Of a DNA stretch of 64,000 nt, positions 38,698-51,715 are shown one piece after another; within the stretch, counting starts at the first letter, position 1; every line of letters starts with the position of its first letter. Below the pieces are notes generated by a model. The model saw only the letters and a program-made list of their open reading frames with translations, ran no database searches and was not told the origin of the DNA. Source of the stretch: Callorhinchus milii (lineage: Eukaryota); contig NW_024704743.1 of NCBI RefSeq assembly GCF_018977255.1, positions 114,454,001-114,518,000 of the forward strand. The letters are read 5' to 3'. The translations under genes were made by a program, and so were the position numbers.

Positions 38698-39344
38698 ATT
38701 AAAATCTTCTTGTCTATTAAACCATTGGCCTTTTATGCTGAAGAAATACATACTTCTTAATGATCCTCTCTTGTCCTGATTATTTACAAACCCAATTAAG
38801 TAAAAATGGGCTCTTCAAAACTCTTCTTGTCCATTAAATGTAAAAAGATTCTAAGTAATTAATGTAAACATTGCAAAGCCTTAATCTCACATGTATGAAT
38901 TCTACTGTGCTCTCCCTCCTAACAGGTACCATAAGAATGATATCCTGACTAATTCTTGCCAGAAAGAGTATTTGATGATAGAAAATTGGAGAAAGCAAAC
39001 AATGAATATTTGGAAGGATGAAATCAAATGGCCCAAAGGGCTTTCTTCATAGGAGCCAATCTTGGGATTAGAATAGCTCAGGAAATACCACACATTGTGC
39101 TGCATTAAGCAACTAAGAAATACAGTTTTAAATCAGATTTACAGACATGATAAATGAGTTATCAAAATCCTGTTTTTTTTCTCCAAATATCTTATTTATG
39201 CATAATTGTTTAGCCCGACCACCAACCTTGCTTTAGTCCTAGCAAAAAAAATGAACTCTAACATCACTCATGTTTGGGGCTCATCTGATGGTCTAGTGGA
39301 TAGTGGCCATGTCTAGTGTAGAACACCATGCAGGACAGCAGGTC

Positions 39345-39725
39345 ACAACAACAATTTGGATTTATATATAACGCCCTTCACGTCGGACGGCGTCTCAGAG
39401 CGTTTCACAGTAACTGATCCCGGGGCTGAGCCAAGGGGAGGGGGAGGAAGGTGACCAAAGGTGCAGTCGAAAAGAATAGCATTGGGAGGACGTCCCGCAG
39501 CACTGGACAATCAAGGATTTGGATCAGAACTGAGGGTTGGGATCAGGAGGGATGGAGAGCAGGGAGGGTGGAGTGCATAGAGGGTGACCAAAGGCACGGC
39601 TGAAGAGGAGGGTCTTGAGATGTGCCTTGAAGAAGGCAAGGGAGGGGATGAGGTGAAGGGACTGTGGGATGGAGTCCCAAAGGGTGGGGCAGAGAGGCTG
39701 AAGGCACAAACACCAATGGTGGTCA
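39345..39725 (-). mobile_element. Two adjacent L2 3' fragments
   Basis: Tails of both L2 families at 39345-39410 and 39478-39510; LWDSIPQSL...FKAHLKTLLF. Confidence 0.8.
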
Positions 39726-40533
39726 AGGCTCCAATAATGGCTAGTCGATGCCACCTCAGGTACTAACATTTGACACTGGAGTTCCCAGGCAAGGGGGCGG
39801 GGGGGGTGACATCCACTGGGATTCCTGTTCCTCATCACTACCCAGTGACCTCTGCTAGAAAAGCAGGTGTAAGGTGTTGGGCAAGGGCAGCATCAGGCTT
39901 GGTTGCGATGCCTTCTCCAGCTGAAGTGGCCTCCGGACTCACTATCCATTCTCACAGGTGTGAGCATCTTGTGTGAGCACCCTGGCAGAGTTGGGCGATT
40001 CAGGTGAGGAGTAAGTAAAAGAATATTAAAAAAATCACTTAACAAACTTCAGTGTTTTGCTTGCGTTTGTTTCTTTGTATAAATGTAATTATTTTCATCC
40101 TTTTTTCCCCACTTGCTCTTCCATGGATGATGGATAGACACCAAATGAGACTCTCACAGAAAAAAAGTCATACTGTGAGTAAGATAATTAGATCTCGCAC
40201 AGTAAAGCACACGACAATGTATTGACTTACACTGGTTGATTTTAATACCAGTATCTAATTAACAATATAAAGAGAATACATATTGGACAGAAGCACAATA
40301 TTCAATATTCAATATTTTCGTACCTGACCTAACAACCGGGGACCGTGAGTGAGTGAACCCAGCTGCAGTATTCTAAGGGTTAATACATTTATTCCGAGAC
40401 ACTGTCCTGCTTGAAGGATGCTATATAAATACACAATGGTGTTGTGGTTGCTTAACTAATATTCCAGCACAGATCTCCAGAGCATAGCACTAACTACGGT
40501 TGATAAAATGTAAGTACACAAACCAACACTTAC

Positions 40534-40562
40534 CTGATCAAATTCATCAGACAGCGCGATAC
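40534..40562 (-). CDS. C8orf34: C8orf34 29-nt micro-exon: (S)IALSDEFDQ
   Basis: Acceptor ttgtcacag, donor gtaagt; phase 1 to 0 exactly bridges the flanking exons. Matches recalled human SIAISDELDK. Confidence 0.88.
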
Positions 40563-40996
40563 CTGTGACAAGAGGGGAAGAAATAAAAACAACAAATGAG
40601 ACATATTTGTCATGTAAATATATCGAAATACACCTCTCAAAGAAAATATTGCACGCATGTTGAGGCCAGGACGCTAGACTCATTTAAAGAAAGAGCTTGA
40701 TGCTGTATTGACTGATAGCAGGTGAATATTCTGGAAAGATGAGATCAAATGGGCCAAATGGACTGAAGGGCCTTCTTCATCCAAACCTCACTTGTAATCT
40801 TATAATGGCAATGACACAAGTGATGTTCCTATTTTGTGACTCCATCTCAGAGGAGGGTGAGGAAATCACAGGTAAATACTTCTCACTTTCTTTAAAACAA
40901 AATTTCCTTTAACCAGTTTGGTATTTGCTGATTGAACTTTGAGCTCATAGTCCAGGCTGACAGTCCAATTCCTTACTGCAGCTGCACTGTGTTGTT

Positions 40997-41298
40997 ATAA
41001 TAATAATAATATAATAATCCTTGCATTTGATATAGCGCTTTTCATGTCTTCTAGATGTCTCAAAGCGCTTCATAGAATATGCTGTAAAGTGAATTGACGG
41101 TATTTTTGTGGGTGAAACGTGGCAGCCAATTGCACACAGCAGTATCCCAAAAACAGTCGTGGATTGAAAATGATCAATTTTTTTATTATTATTAGGCATG
41201 TGGAGTAAGGAAACTTTCCCAAGGTTTCGCCCTGCCTGGAATTGAACCTAGGTGTCTCGTTTGTAAGGCAAGTGCTCTAACCACTGAGCTACAGCACT
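40997..41298 (-). mobile_element. Young SINE, short-type body
   Basis: Reverse-complement similarity to the 13464 copy. Confidence 0.87.
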
Positions 41299-43841
41299 TG
41301 TTGGAGGTGCCATCCATCAAATGAGGTGTTAAACCAAGATCCAACTGTTCAGGTGCATCTCAAGGATTCCATGGCATGAAAAGAAAAGGGTTTTTCTCCT
41401 GGTGTCTTGGCTAACAATTGTCCAGATAAAATTGGTTATTCCCTTCATGTAAAAAGCATTCACTTAATATCAGCCATGCTTTTGTATGTTTTTCAGCACA
41501 CTAAGATGAAAACCAAGACTGTTTAATGATAATAAAGAACTCTAAAAATGGCAGCGGTTAAAGTGTATTTAAGCACAAGAACAACCAGTCTGAGATACTG
41601 ATCTGCTTCCACCAGGGGAGCGAGAAGTGTAGCACAATGTAACTGATAATTACAGGAATTAAATTATTGGAATCTCAACGTTTCTGCTGCAGAGTCACAG
41701 CCGATGATTGATTTGCTGCTTCAACTGGAATAACAACATTAGGTTGTTGTCTCACTAATGTCTCACTAATGAGGCACGGAAGGAAGCAATGCTTACGCGT
41801 GTCCTTTGAGACGTCTCAAAGATGTGATAAGGTGCTATATCAAATGCAAGGATTAATATTATTATTATCCTCGCCAGAACAGAGTGCCATAGTGGAAGAA
41901 TGAAAGAGAAAATTCCGAGGCTGAGAAATGGAAGCAATCTTCAAAAGGGAATTCAATCTTGTTCTCATTGGAAAAACTTAAACTTTATTTTATACAACAT
42001 CTTCCAATTTCAACTTAAATTATGCAAGTTTTTTTTAATGAGAACATTGGAGAGTGGTTTTCTACAAAATGAGATGAATGAAACGTTAAACCTAGGTTGA
42101 GCATCTGCTGGTTCAGGTGGATGTTAAAGATCCTTAGACACTATTTGAAAAGAGTTTCTCCGGGTGTCTTGGCCAGCAATCCCGCAAAATACAATTGATC
42201 ATTCACCTCATGGCTTTCTGTGGGAACTTGCAAAATGTGCAAAATAAAAGCTGTCATGTTTGCCTACAAAGCAGCAATAATTAAATGTGACAGCAATTAG
42301 TCTAAAGCACACTGGGACTTTGCAAAGTCCCATAGTCCCATAAGGCGCTACAACATGGTAAGCTCTTTCATTCTTACTGCCCTTAAAGGAAGGTGCACCT
42401 TATTCTCTGCTTGACAATCCCTCACTCCCCGCTAGCTTTGTCTGTGAAAAAGATAAAAGTGAGCAAGTGTCATTCACAGGTCTCTAATTTTTGTATTTCA
42501 TTCATATTTATATCTATATCTTCAAAGCATGTCTCAAGACCCTCCTCTTCGACTGCACATTTGGCCACCCTCCTACCCCTACCATCCCTGCCCTCCACCC
42601 GCCTTGATCCCAACCCCCTGCTCGGGTCCAAATCCCTGACTGTCCAGTGCCTTGGTACATCCTCCTGATATGAAAGGTGCTTTACAAATGCAATTTGTTG
42701 TTCTTGTTATTTATATATTAAAACACTGTCACTCTACTTCACAGTAAAATCCTGTGAAGGGCTTTGGAACATTCTCCCGACATGAAAGGCGCTATACCAA
42801 ATGCAAGCTTTATTATTATTTTACCTGTACAATATATTATTTTATTGTGTACTTTTTTTTAAACAAAACTAGTTTTACGGCTTGTGTAATTCTCTTGCTC
42901 AGTCAGTCATGCAGTGGGTTGAAAGCGACTTGAAATACAAATGCACTCTACAGTGGTTTAATTGAGTAACATAATTCCAGTGAAAATATACCCATAAGCA
43001 AACTGTAGCCTTTTACTATCATTATGCCTGGAGGAAACTTCAATGAAATACGGTCAATGCTCAATTTTGAAAATGACTAGGTTTCACTGTATTTTTCCAA
43101 TTGACTCCCCAAAAAATGTTTAAAAAAGCATTTTTAACCTTATTACAGAGCCTGACGTGTGACATCTAAATAACACTTCAAGTTTGTTTCAGTCAGCCGA
43201 GCTCCTAGTCTGTGGATGTCCAAAGTCCTGCCAAGAGCAATTATTTAGTATAAATCTGGCCTCCCACTCTGAATTGGAACCATAGAAGTATACAGCGCAG
43301 AAAAAAGCCATTTGGCCCAACGTACCTGTGCTGGCTGTTTTAAGAGAAATCCCATTGACTTGCCCTTTCCCTATTTTGGCAATTTTGATGGTTATCACAT
43401 CAACACATTTTTTCAGGCCATAAGGACATAAATGTGTCAGTAAAATTCATATTTAAGCCAATACAATTGAATGTTGTGCCAATTCACCATTTGTGTGACA
43501 CACTGAATTCAGCACCTCAAATTGCTTTCATCAGCGAGGCAGCCAGACCTGTAATCACCAGTATTTCACCCCACAGTAGAGGATCTTTAAAATAAAGTCT
43601 CTAGACACTTGGGTTTGGCAGGACAAAATGTGATCATACTGCTTGGTGTTTTACACATTGTAATAATAAAAATAACAATAAAAATTGCTTTCTCTGCAGT
43701 GTCTGGCAGATGCTAGATATTAAGTGCAAGGAATGAAATACAGCTGCTTCTTATTGATCCCTTTGTGATTCCTTTGAAGGCTGTTCTTGTGGATCTTATC
43801 TCAGCGGTGAAATTATCAATCAGGAAACATGTGGCGATTTT

Positions 43842-44180
43842 ATAATAATAATAATCCTTGTATTTGAAATAGCATCTTATCGCATCTTCGAGACTTCTCA
43901 AGGCTTTTCACAATAAAGTGAATTGACTGTATATTTTGTGAGCGAAACACGGCAGCCAGTTGAACACAGCAATGTTCCACAAACGGTTGTAGATTAAGTG
44001 ACCATTTTTTTCCCCCTTTTTTTGAAGGGATTGTTACCCCACAGAAAGTGATCAGCCAATCGACTAACAACCGGGTTCCTACTTATTGCTAGGTGAACAG
44101 AGGCAGCAGGAAACTTGCCTAAGGATTCGCCCTGCCAGGCTCCTATCACTTGTAAGGCAAGTATGCTAATCACTATGCTA
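43842..44180 (-). mobile_element. tRNA-Ala SINE, long subfamily
   Basis: Reverse-complement similarity to the 7014 copy; head-to-head with the 44194 copy. Confidence 0.82.
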
Positions 44181-44193
44181 AAAGCAGCAAAAC

Positions 44194-44507
44194 GGAGTCC
44201 TGTAGCTCAGTGGTTAGAGCACTCGCTTTGCAAGTGAGAGACTTGCGTTCAATTCCAGGCAGGGCGAAACTTTGGGTAAGTTTCCTTACTCCACACGCCT
44301 AATAATAATCCCTCCAAAAAACCAAAAACAATAATAAATTGGTCATTTTCAATCTACGACTGTTTGTGGGACATTGCTGTGCGCAATTGCTGCCGCATTC
44401 GCCCACAAATATACAGTTAATTCACTTTACAGTGTGTTCTGTGAAGCGCTTTGGGACGTCCTCCCGACGTGAAAAGCGCTATATCAAATGCAAGGATTAT
44501 TATTATT
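44194..44507 (+). mobile_element. Young SINE, short subfamily
   Basis: Near-identical to the 13464 copy; TSD aaaac (44189-44193 and 44508-44512). Confidence 0.92.
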
Positions 44508-44704
44508 AAAACATGATAAGTGAGCTGAGAAAATGTGTCAAACAGAAATATTATTTTCTTTGAAACGATTGTGTGCATCTTGAAGTCACTTGCATAGAAT
44601 TCCTAAATGATCTCATTGATTGTGATAAAGAAATCACATAGTGTCTGTCTTCTGTTCAGATTTTCCCACACTGAGGTAAGAGAAAGAATTTGAAATTAAA
44701 TATA

Positions 44705-45085
44705 ATACAACAATCCTTGCATTTGATGGAAAACCTTTCATGTTGAAAAGATATCTCAAAGCATGCAATGGAATACAATGTAAAATGTAGTGAATGTGTC
44801 AGCTAATTTGAGTGCAGCAATGTCCCACAAACAGCCATGAAATGAATAACAATTTTTTTTAAATCGAGAGGATTGTTGGCCAGGACAATGGTAGAAATTT
44901 CATTCTCTTTTCAACTAGTGCCATGTTCTTTTTTGGTCACCTAAACAGGGAAGCAGGACCTCGGTTTCACTTCTCATCCGACGACAGCACCCCCAACAAT
45001 GCAACACACCCCCAGCACAGTATTGGAGTGTCAGCCTGGACTGTGATCTTAAAGTTCAAACGTGGGGCTCAAACCCACAACCCCT
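44705..45085 (-). mobile_element. Older DeuSINE, followed by a CR1 tail (45090-45190, plus strand)
   Basis: Family motifs; gggccgaatggcctcctcctgtgctgtataattctatgattctat. Confidence 0.72.
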
Positions 45086-46574
45086 CACAGGCGAGTGAGA
45101 TGGATTTGGATAGCTCTTTTAAAGGAGCCGGCACAGACATGATGGGCCGAATGGCCTCCTCCTGTGCTGTATAATTCTATGATTCTATATCGTAAGATAC
45201 AAGTCATAAAATATCATGGAAGGATACCAATATTGAACTAATCGGTCAGAGATGTGAAACTCTGCACCCTGGTGCTACATACTGAGATTACCAACGACTC
45301 CGTACTAGGAATCCATTGTAAGTAAGTTCCCAGGATTAACTTGCAGTGAACTGAATGCACAGGTTATTAAAGATATAAGCAAATATCCTTCCTTGAAAAA
45401 AAAACCCTCTTTTCTTCTTCATTCTAGTAAAAAGCATAACAGATTAACAGTGGGCAGGCTCATTCTCTTTAATCCACAAATCCTGTATTTAAGGCAGTAA
45501 AATTCTTTCTGGAGTTGTCTCACTCAACTCCAAGCTGCTCATACCTTTAATCGGGCTAATACCATTACACGCCTGTGAGTCATCGATATAGCTGGTTGTA
45601 GAGAACCTCAGCCTTCAAACGTGGTGATATCAGTAGCTACTGAGAATAACTGGGCAGAATGTCAACATTAATGGGTTGTTTATTTGCTCCTGATGTGTAG
45701 ACGTCACTGCCTCCAGTATTTGAGTGAATTCTGTAGTTTCTGATACTTTAGGGGGGTCATGTGAAAGCACAAAAGCAAAGTAATGCTCCCCTGAGAAGCG
45801 AACAAAAGCTCATTTCAAACAGTTGGGCAATGTCAAATGAATAGGTCTCGCCAAATGATACCAGTATGGCAAAGACAGCCTAAGAGGAAGCTGTTTGGCC
45901 CATCGAGCAATCCTGCTTTTCCTGGGATAATAATTCCAAATAATAATAATTTGGTCACTCAATCCAAGACTATTTGTAGGATGCTGCTGCGTGCAATCGG
46001 CTACCACGTTACGTCCACAAAATATACAGACAATTCACTTTACAGTATAATCTTTGAAGCGCTTTGAGACTTCTCGAAGATGCGATAAGGCACTATATCA
46101 AATGCAAGGATTATTATTATCATTACTTTTTGGAAAATATCTCACATTCCAATAACGCTTGATGTGGAAAAGCTTCTTCTAATTTCCCCCTTAATTCTTG
46201 CAGCGTTTCTCTAATGCGAGTTTATGCCCTCATCACCCATTCACAAATCAGCCAGAATAATCTTTTACTGGAGATCATCTATCTAAACCTTTCAGAATTT
46301 TGAAACCTGTCAGATCTCCAATGAAACCTTCCCTCAGAATAATATTTGCATTTGAGAGTTCTACTGAAAACAAGCTAAATTTTCTTGTCTATCCTCAAAA
46401 CTATAACCCATTTAACAAACAGGTACACAATGTTCAGCACGTAGTTCATATAGAGGCTTGCTGTCCCCTCTGTCTTCTCGGAGCAATGGTTTCAGGATAG
46501 TGAAATGACAGGTAGTTTCCATTCCTGTGGTCTCATTAGAATTGTGCTGAAATTATTTGTATCCACTTTTACAA

Positions 46575-47285
46575 TAATCTTTATATTTGGTATGGTGCCT
46601 TTCACTTCAGGAGGACATCCCAAAGCACTTCATAGGATATGCTGCAAAGTGCAGTGACTGTGTGCTATGTGGGTGAACATGGCAGACAATTTTCAAACAG
46701 AAATATCCCACAAACAGCCATGGAATGAATTACCAATTTTATCTGGATGATGTTGTCCAGGGTATCATGAGAAACTCCCTTCTTTTTTTGAATAGTGTTA
46801 TGGGATCTTTAACGTTCACCTGAGCAGGTAGATGGTGCCTTGGTTTAATGGTTTATCCAAAGGACAGCACCTCCAACAATTCAGCACAACCTCAGCAATG
46901 CATTCGAGTGTCAACTTAGACCATATGACTTCCAAGTCCTGACATGGGGCTTGAACCCAGAACCTTCTGACTCAGACAGGAAGTATAATGGAAGCTGTCA
47001 GCCTGGCTCAGTTGGCAGCACTCTCGCTCTGAGTCAGAAGGTTGTAGGTTCAAGCCCCATTTCAGGACTTTGAGCTCACAGTCTAGGCTGTTATTCCAGT
47101 GCAATACTAGGGGATCACCACACTGTTGGAGGTGCCTTACTATGGACGAGATATTAAAACGAGGTCCCATCTGCCCGTTCAGGTGAACATCAAAGAGCCC
47201 ATAGCACTATCTGAAGTGAGTTTCTCCTGGTTTGTATCAACAAACTAGATTAAATAGGTTGTTTACTTCGTAGAGGTTCGTGGGA
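46575..47285. mobile_element. Head-to-head pair of older DeuSINEs (46575-46980 minus, 46995-47285 plus)
   Basis: ttctgactcaga and tctgagtcagaa mirrored around ~46990. Confidence 0.78.
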
Positions 47286-48339
47286 CTTGGAACCACCTAA
47301 AAATGAAACATGCTCAAACAAGGCCATTTGATTTGCGTTTGAAGACTGCACTAACAATAACACCTTATTGATTCCTGCTGTAGTTATCACAAAAGATTAT
47401 AAAATGCGAACATGAACTGTATCTCACACAAAACTAATCTGCAGGGCAACAAGGCAATCTCCTGGCAGCTGCAGAACAGAGATAATTTCAGTTAAGTGAA
47501 TAGAAGGTCTGATTGAATTCTTTGCACCAGATGTCAATGGATGATATTTATGAGTTCATCTCTTAAACAAGAAGGAACAAAATCAAACAGAAAGACACCT
47601 GAAATAAGATAAATTTCTACAGCCAGTGCCAAACTTCCATGCTTGAGTGAATGGAAGGTTGTTATCTGATGAACCCAATGATGATTCCACTTTTTATGAA
47701 TGTTACAAGCTCAGATTTTCTGTTGACACCTTTGAGGTAGTAAGCCATCAATTACCAAAACTGTTACTCCATCCTGAACACTAAGGTTAGATTGTAATTG
47801 AATAGTTTCTCAAGAAAAGAAGAACAACAGCAAAATTACAGTTGTAAAGTGCCTTTCATGTTAGGAGGACATTTCAAGGCGCTGAACAGTCAGGAATCAG
47901 GACCTGAGCATGGGAGGGGGCAGGGTTGGGAGGGAGGGCAAAGAGGTAGGAGGGCAGCTGAAGGCACGATCGAAAACGAAGGTCTTGAGTCGTGCCTTGA
48001 AGGAGGCAAGAGAGGGAGTAAGGCAAAGGGATTGTGAAAATGACCTGGTCACAGTTTTTTTTAATCTTACAGACTTTACCTCTGGACGTGCTGAATCACA
48101 AGATCAGAAGATTAGTTTGGATGAAGAAGGCCCTTTGGCTCATCCTTTCAGAACATCCATCATAAGGTCCTGCTATTTTAAACTAGTCCAGTTAGACTTG
48201 TTTAAAATGAGTCATTATGTTCCAGTTGCTGATTACCCTCTGAGTAAAGAGCATTATCCTCTAAGTAAAGAAGTTAAAGTTGACTGAGCTGGTATTGACA
48301 AACTTAACCTTTGCCTGACTATTCATTTGCCTCAATCAT

Positions 48340-49162
48340 TTTAACTTTCTACAGCTGAACATCAGCAAGACTGAGGCTTTCCTGATTGGTTTGCGCCAGC
48401 GCCTCCGCACTTCAGGCACTGGCAGCACCAGCATTCAAGGATACACACTCCACCTCACTGTCCTTTCTCCCCCACATCCGTGCCATTACCTGCTCTGCCT
48501 TCCCCCAAATCTGCAACATTGTCCGACTCCGCCACTGCCTCACCCCTCAGGCCGCCGAAACCCTCATGCACGTCTTCATTACAACCAGGCTCGACTACGC
48601 CCTGCTTGTCGGTCTTCCCAACTCTTCCCTCCACAAACTAGATCATCCAGAACTCTGCAGCTCGTGTCTCAGACTCCGTGATCCCATCACATCCACCCCC
48701 TCCTGGCTCCACTGGCTCCCCATTCCTCAGAAGATCGAGTACAAAATTCTTGTCCTCACCTTCAAGGCCCTCCATGGCCTTGCCCCTCCCTACCTCTGCG
48801 AGCTGCTAACCCCTTATCAACCTGTCTGCTCCCTACGCTCAGCAGGCTCTGGCCTGCTCCATGTCCCCTGCCCAATCTGCCCCACCATCAGCAGTTGGCC
48901 TTCAGCCTCTCTGCCCCTACCCTCTGGAACTCCATCCCACATTCTCTTCGCCTCGCTCCCTCCCTTCCCTCCTTCAAGGCACGCCTCAATACCCTCCTCT
49001 TTGACCGTGCCTTCGGCAACCTTCCTACCCATTCTGCTCTACACCCTCCCTGATCCCAACCCCCTCCCCCCACCCCGCCTCTCGGGTGCTTATTCCTACT
49101 TTCAGCGCCTTGGAACGTCTTCCCAATGTGAATGGCGCTTTACAGATCTGACTTTGTTTTGT
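48340..49162 (+). mobile_element. Degenerate L2 LINE 3' fragment
   Basis: ORF 48386..49300 contains TRLDY and LHWLPIPQKIEYKIL. Confidence 0.88.
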
Positions 49163-49869
49163 ACTATAACACCCACTGCATATTCATTTTTAAAAAAGCT
49201 TCATTGTCAAAAGATTTTTTTATGCAACACTGTATGGATTTTTTTTATACACACTATGGGATGTTGTAAAATGGGTAAAATGATGCTTTTATATTGGTAA
49301 ATTTGAATTATATATTTACAAATTAAAACAGAAGACCAAACTCATAGACTTTTTTTTTAAAAAACAGGAAAAAAATGACAATCCAACTTAACAGCGACAT
49401 GGACACTATCTGACATAGTTCAGCTAAACTTCTAAAAGGCTAATACAGTACTCCAGTCTGCACCTGCATTACTAAATACACTTCTAATGTATTATTACAT
49501 TATAATGGAAGGAAGCAGATCCTATGGCAAGCTATGCCATTTTATGTGGTTAGACTCCAGCAGTTACCCCAACGCACACTCTGGAGTCCCCAAACCCTGG
49601 GTCTTGCCAACCTGTGCCAAATACTCTCCGTAATCAGGTAAGCAGAGTGCATCCCTCGTGGAGAGCATGTGCATCCCATTCCAGACACAGGTGGCACAGA
49701 TATGTGGAACTTTCAGATTGTTTCGGCTACTCAAGCACGTGACGAGTTTCCATATGTGTTAGACACCCAGCTGACCAAAAATAATTGAACCTTTTTCTTA
49801 TAGAATAAGAACAAGGTGATTGTGATTAAAAGGCATCTCTTTCCCATTCACAGCACAAATCACACTCAC

Positions 49870-49998
49870 TGCGAGAAAGGCTCTCCAGTGCTTTGCCCAG
49901 TTTCTTGCTTTCCTGAAGGATGTGGTTAAGTTCATCAAAGTTGTGGCTTTCTGGTTTAGTACGCCAGTCCCACGCAGCATGTTCTATTGACCTTGGCA
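49870..49998 (-). CDS. C8orf34: C8orf34 coding exon: (L)[42 protein letters not shown]
   Basis: Lies within ORF 49826..50092. Acceptor tttgcag, donor gtgagt; 129 nt, phase 1 to 1. Confidence 0.93.
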
Positions 49999-50699
49999 CT
50001 GCAAACATTAGATGAATTGTAAGAACAGGTCTCCAGCAGTTTTCCCTCACTAATTCACACTGACATCCATGCGTATTATAAACACTTCTCATTAAAAGCA
50101 GGCAAATTTAAGGCGACATATCCACAATACCTAATTTGAGAAGGAAATGCACACACAGCACCTCTAATCCCAAATGGGAAGGCGTTGCTAATCCCAAATG
50201 GGAAGACATCAAATTCAATTCAGCCACCCGCCGTCCACACATACAAAGTTCATAAACACTTATTTTGAGAAGATAAGGATGTCTTCAAAATAAATTGATA
50301 TTTAATATGCAGGAGCTGTACAAAATACTTTATTGTTTGGCCACAAAATATATAGTCAATTCACTTTACACTCTAAAGTGAGGTGCCTTGACACATCTCG
50401 AAGATGTGATAAGGCGCTATATCAAATGCAAGGATTATTATTAGGATTATAATAAATTTGACAAAACATCCAATTGTGATTTCCAAAAGTCTCTGAACCG
50501 TGGAAAGAAAAAAGGCCAGAGAGTATAACGTCTTCGTCTCCAGCATTTTCCAACTCTAACAGTTTCCAGAAATCACATTTGGCCATTTAATAATCCTTGC
50601 AAATGATATAGTGCTTTATCATGTGTTCGAGACATATTAAAGGGCTAAACAGGATTGTACAGAAAAGGGATTTTGAATGTACTGCATTATTGAAAAGAC

Positions 50700-51242
50700 T
50701 TCAACAAAATGACATTTGTAAAGTGGCTTTTACGTTGGGAGGACGTCCCCAGACGCTGAACAGTCAGGGATCAGGACCCGAGAGTTGGGGAGCAGAGTTG
50801 GGCTGAGGGAGGGCAGAGGGGATAGGAAGATGGCTGAAGGCACGGTCAAAAAGGAGAGTCTTGAGTCGTGTCTTGAAGGAGGCAAGGGAGGGAGCAAGGT
50901 GAAGGGACTATTGAGTGGAGTTCCAAAGTGTGGGGGCAGAAAGGCTGAAAGCCCGGCCGCCGATGTTAGGGTGAGTCGGGCAGGAGACCTGGAATAGGCT
51001 GGAGCCTGCTGAGCGGAGGGAGCGGACAGGTTAATAGGGGGATCAGCAGATCAGGGATGTAGGAGGAGGCAAGGACATGGAGGCCTTGTAAGTGAAGACG
51101 AGGATTCTGAATTCTATCCTCTGAGGGATGGGGAGCCAGTGGAGCCGGACAAGGGTGGGGGTGATGGGGTCACGGAACCTAGTGCGGGAGAGGATGCGAG
51201 CTGCAGAGTTCTGGATGATCTGCAGCTTGTGGAGGGAAGAGT
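50700..51242 (-). mobile_element. L2 LINE 3' fragment
   Basis: Colinear with 30557-31190. Confidence 0.85.
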
Positions 51243-51583
51243 TACTACTCAGAGAGCTTCATTCGTTTCATATTGTGAGTGCATCTCAAAGCACTTAAGA
51301 CTGTTGACTGGGCAACCGAGCTGGGGATGGAAGCCAAAGAGGGTAAGGAGTAGAAAGATGACCAAAAGTGAGGTCTAAAAGCCTTAAGACTTTAAGGAAG
51401 ATAGCGAGGGAGCGACCGAGGGATACAGTGAGGGAGTTCCAGTGTCACAATAATCATATAGTAATAATGAATCACTTTTGCTATTTTCTATAGGCGTTAT
51501 GTACAAGTTCACAAAGCTAGTAACATTAGCTCTTGACCCTGAGCAAAAAAACTAAGCAAAGCACATAAAGAAGACATCCTTAC

Positions 51584-51715
51584 AGGACTTGGATTCTGGT
51601 GATGGTGGAGAAATGTTGGAGACAGCAAGGTCACTCTTTGACTTTTTGGGCTTTTTGGCATTTGCCAGCCATGGTTTGTCATAGCCTCTATAATCTCGCC
51701 GGGACCCCTTGTTTT
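51584..51715 (-). CDS. C8orf34: C8orf34 coding exon: (E)[43 protein letters not shown]
   Basis: Manually translated; not in the ORF track. Acceptor cccttcag, donor gtaagg; 132 nt, phase 1 to 1. Matches recalled human [42 protein letters not shown]. Confidence 0.93.

Noticed and set aside
41609..41624. CTCF-like word ccaccaggggagcg
   Set aside because: A single imperfect match is expected by chance in 64 kb.
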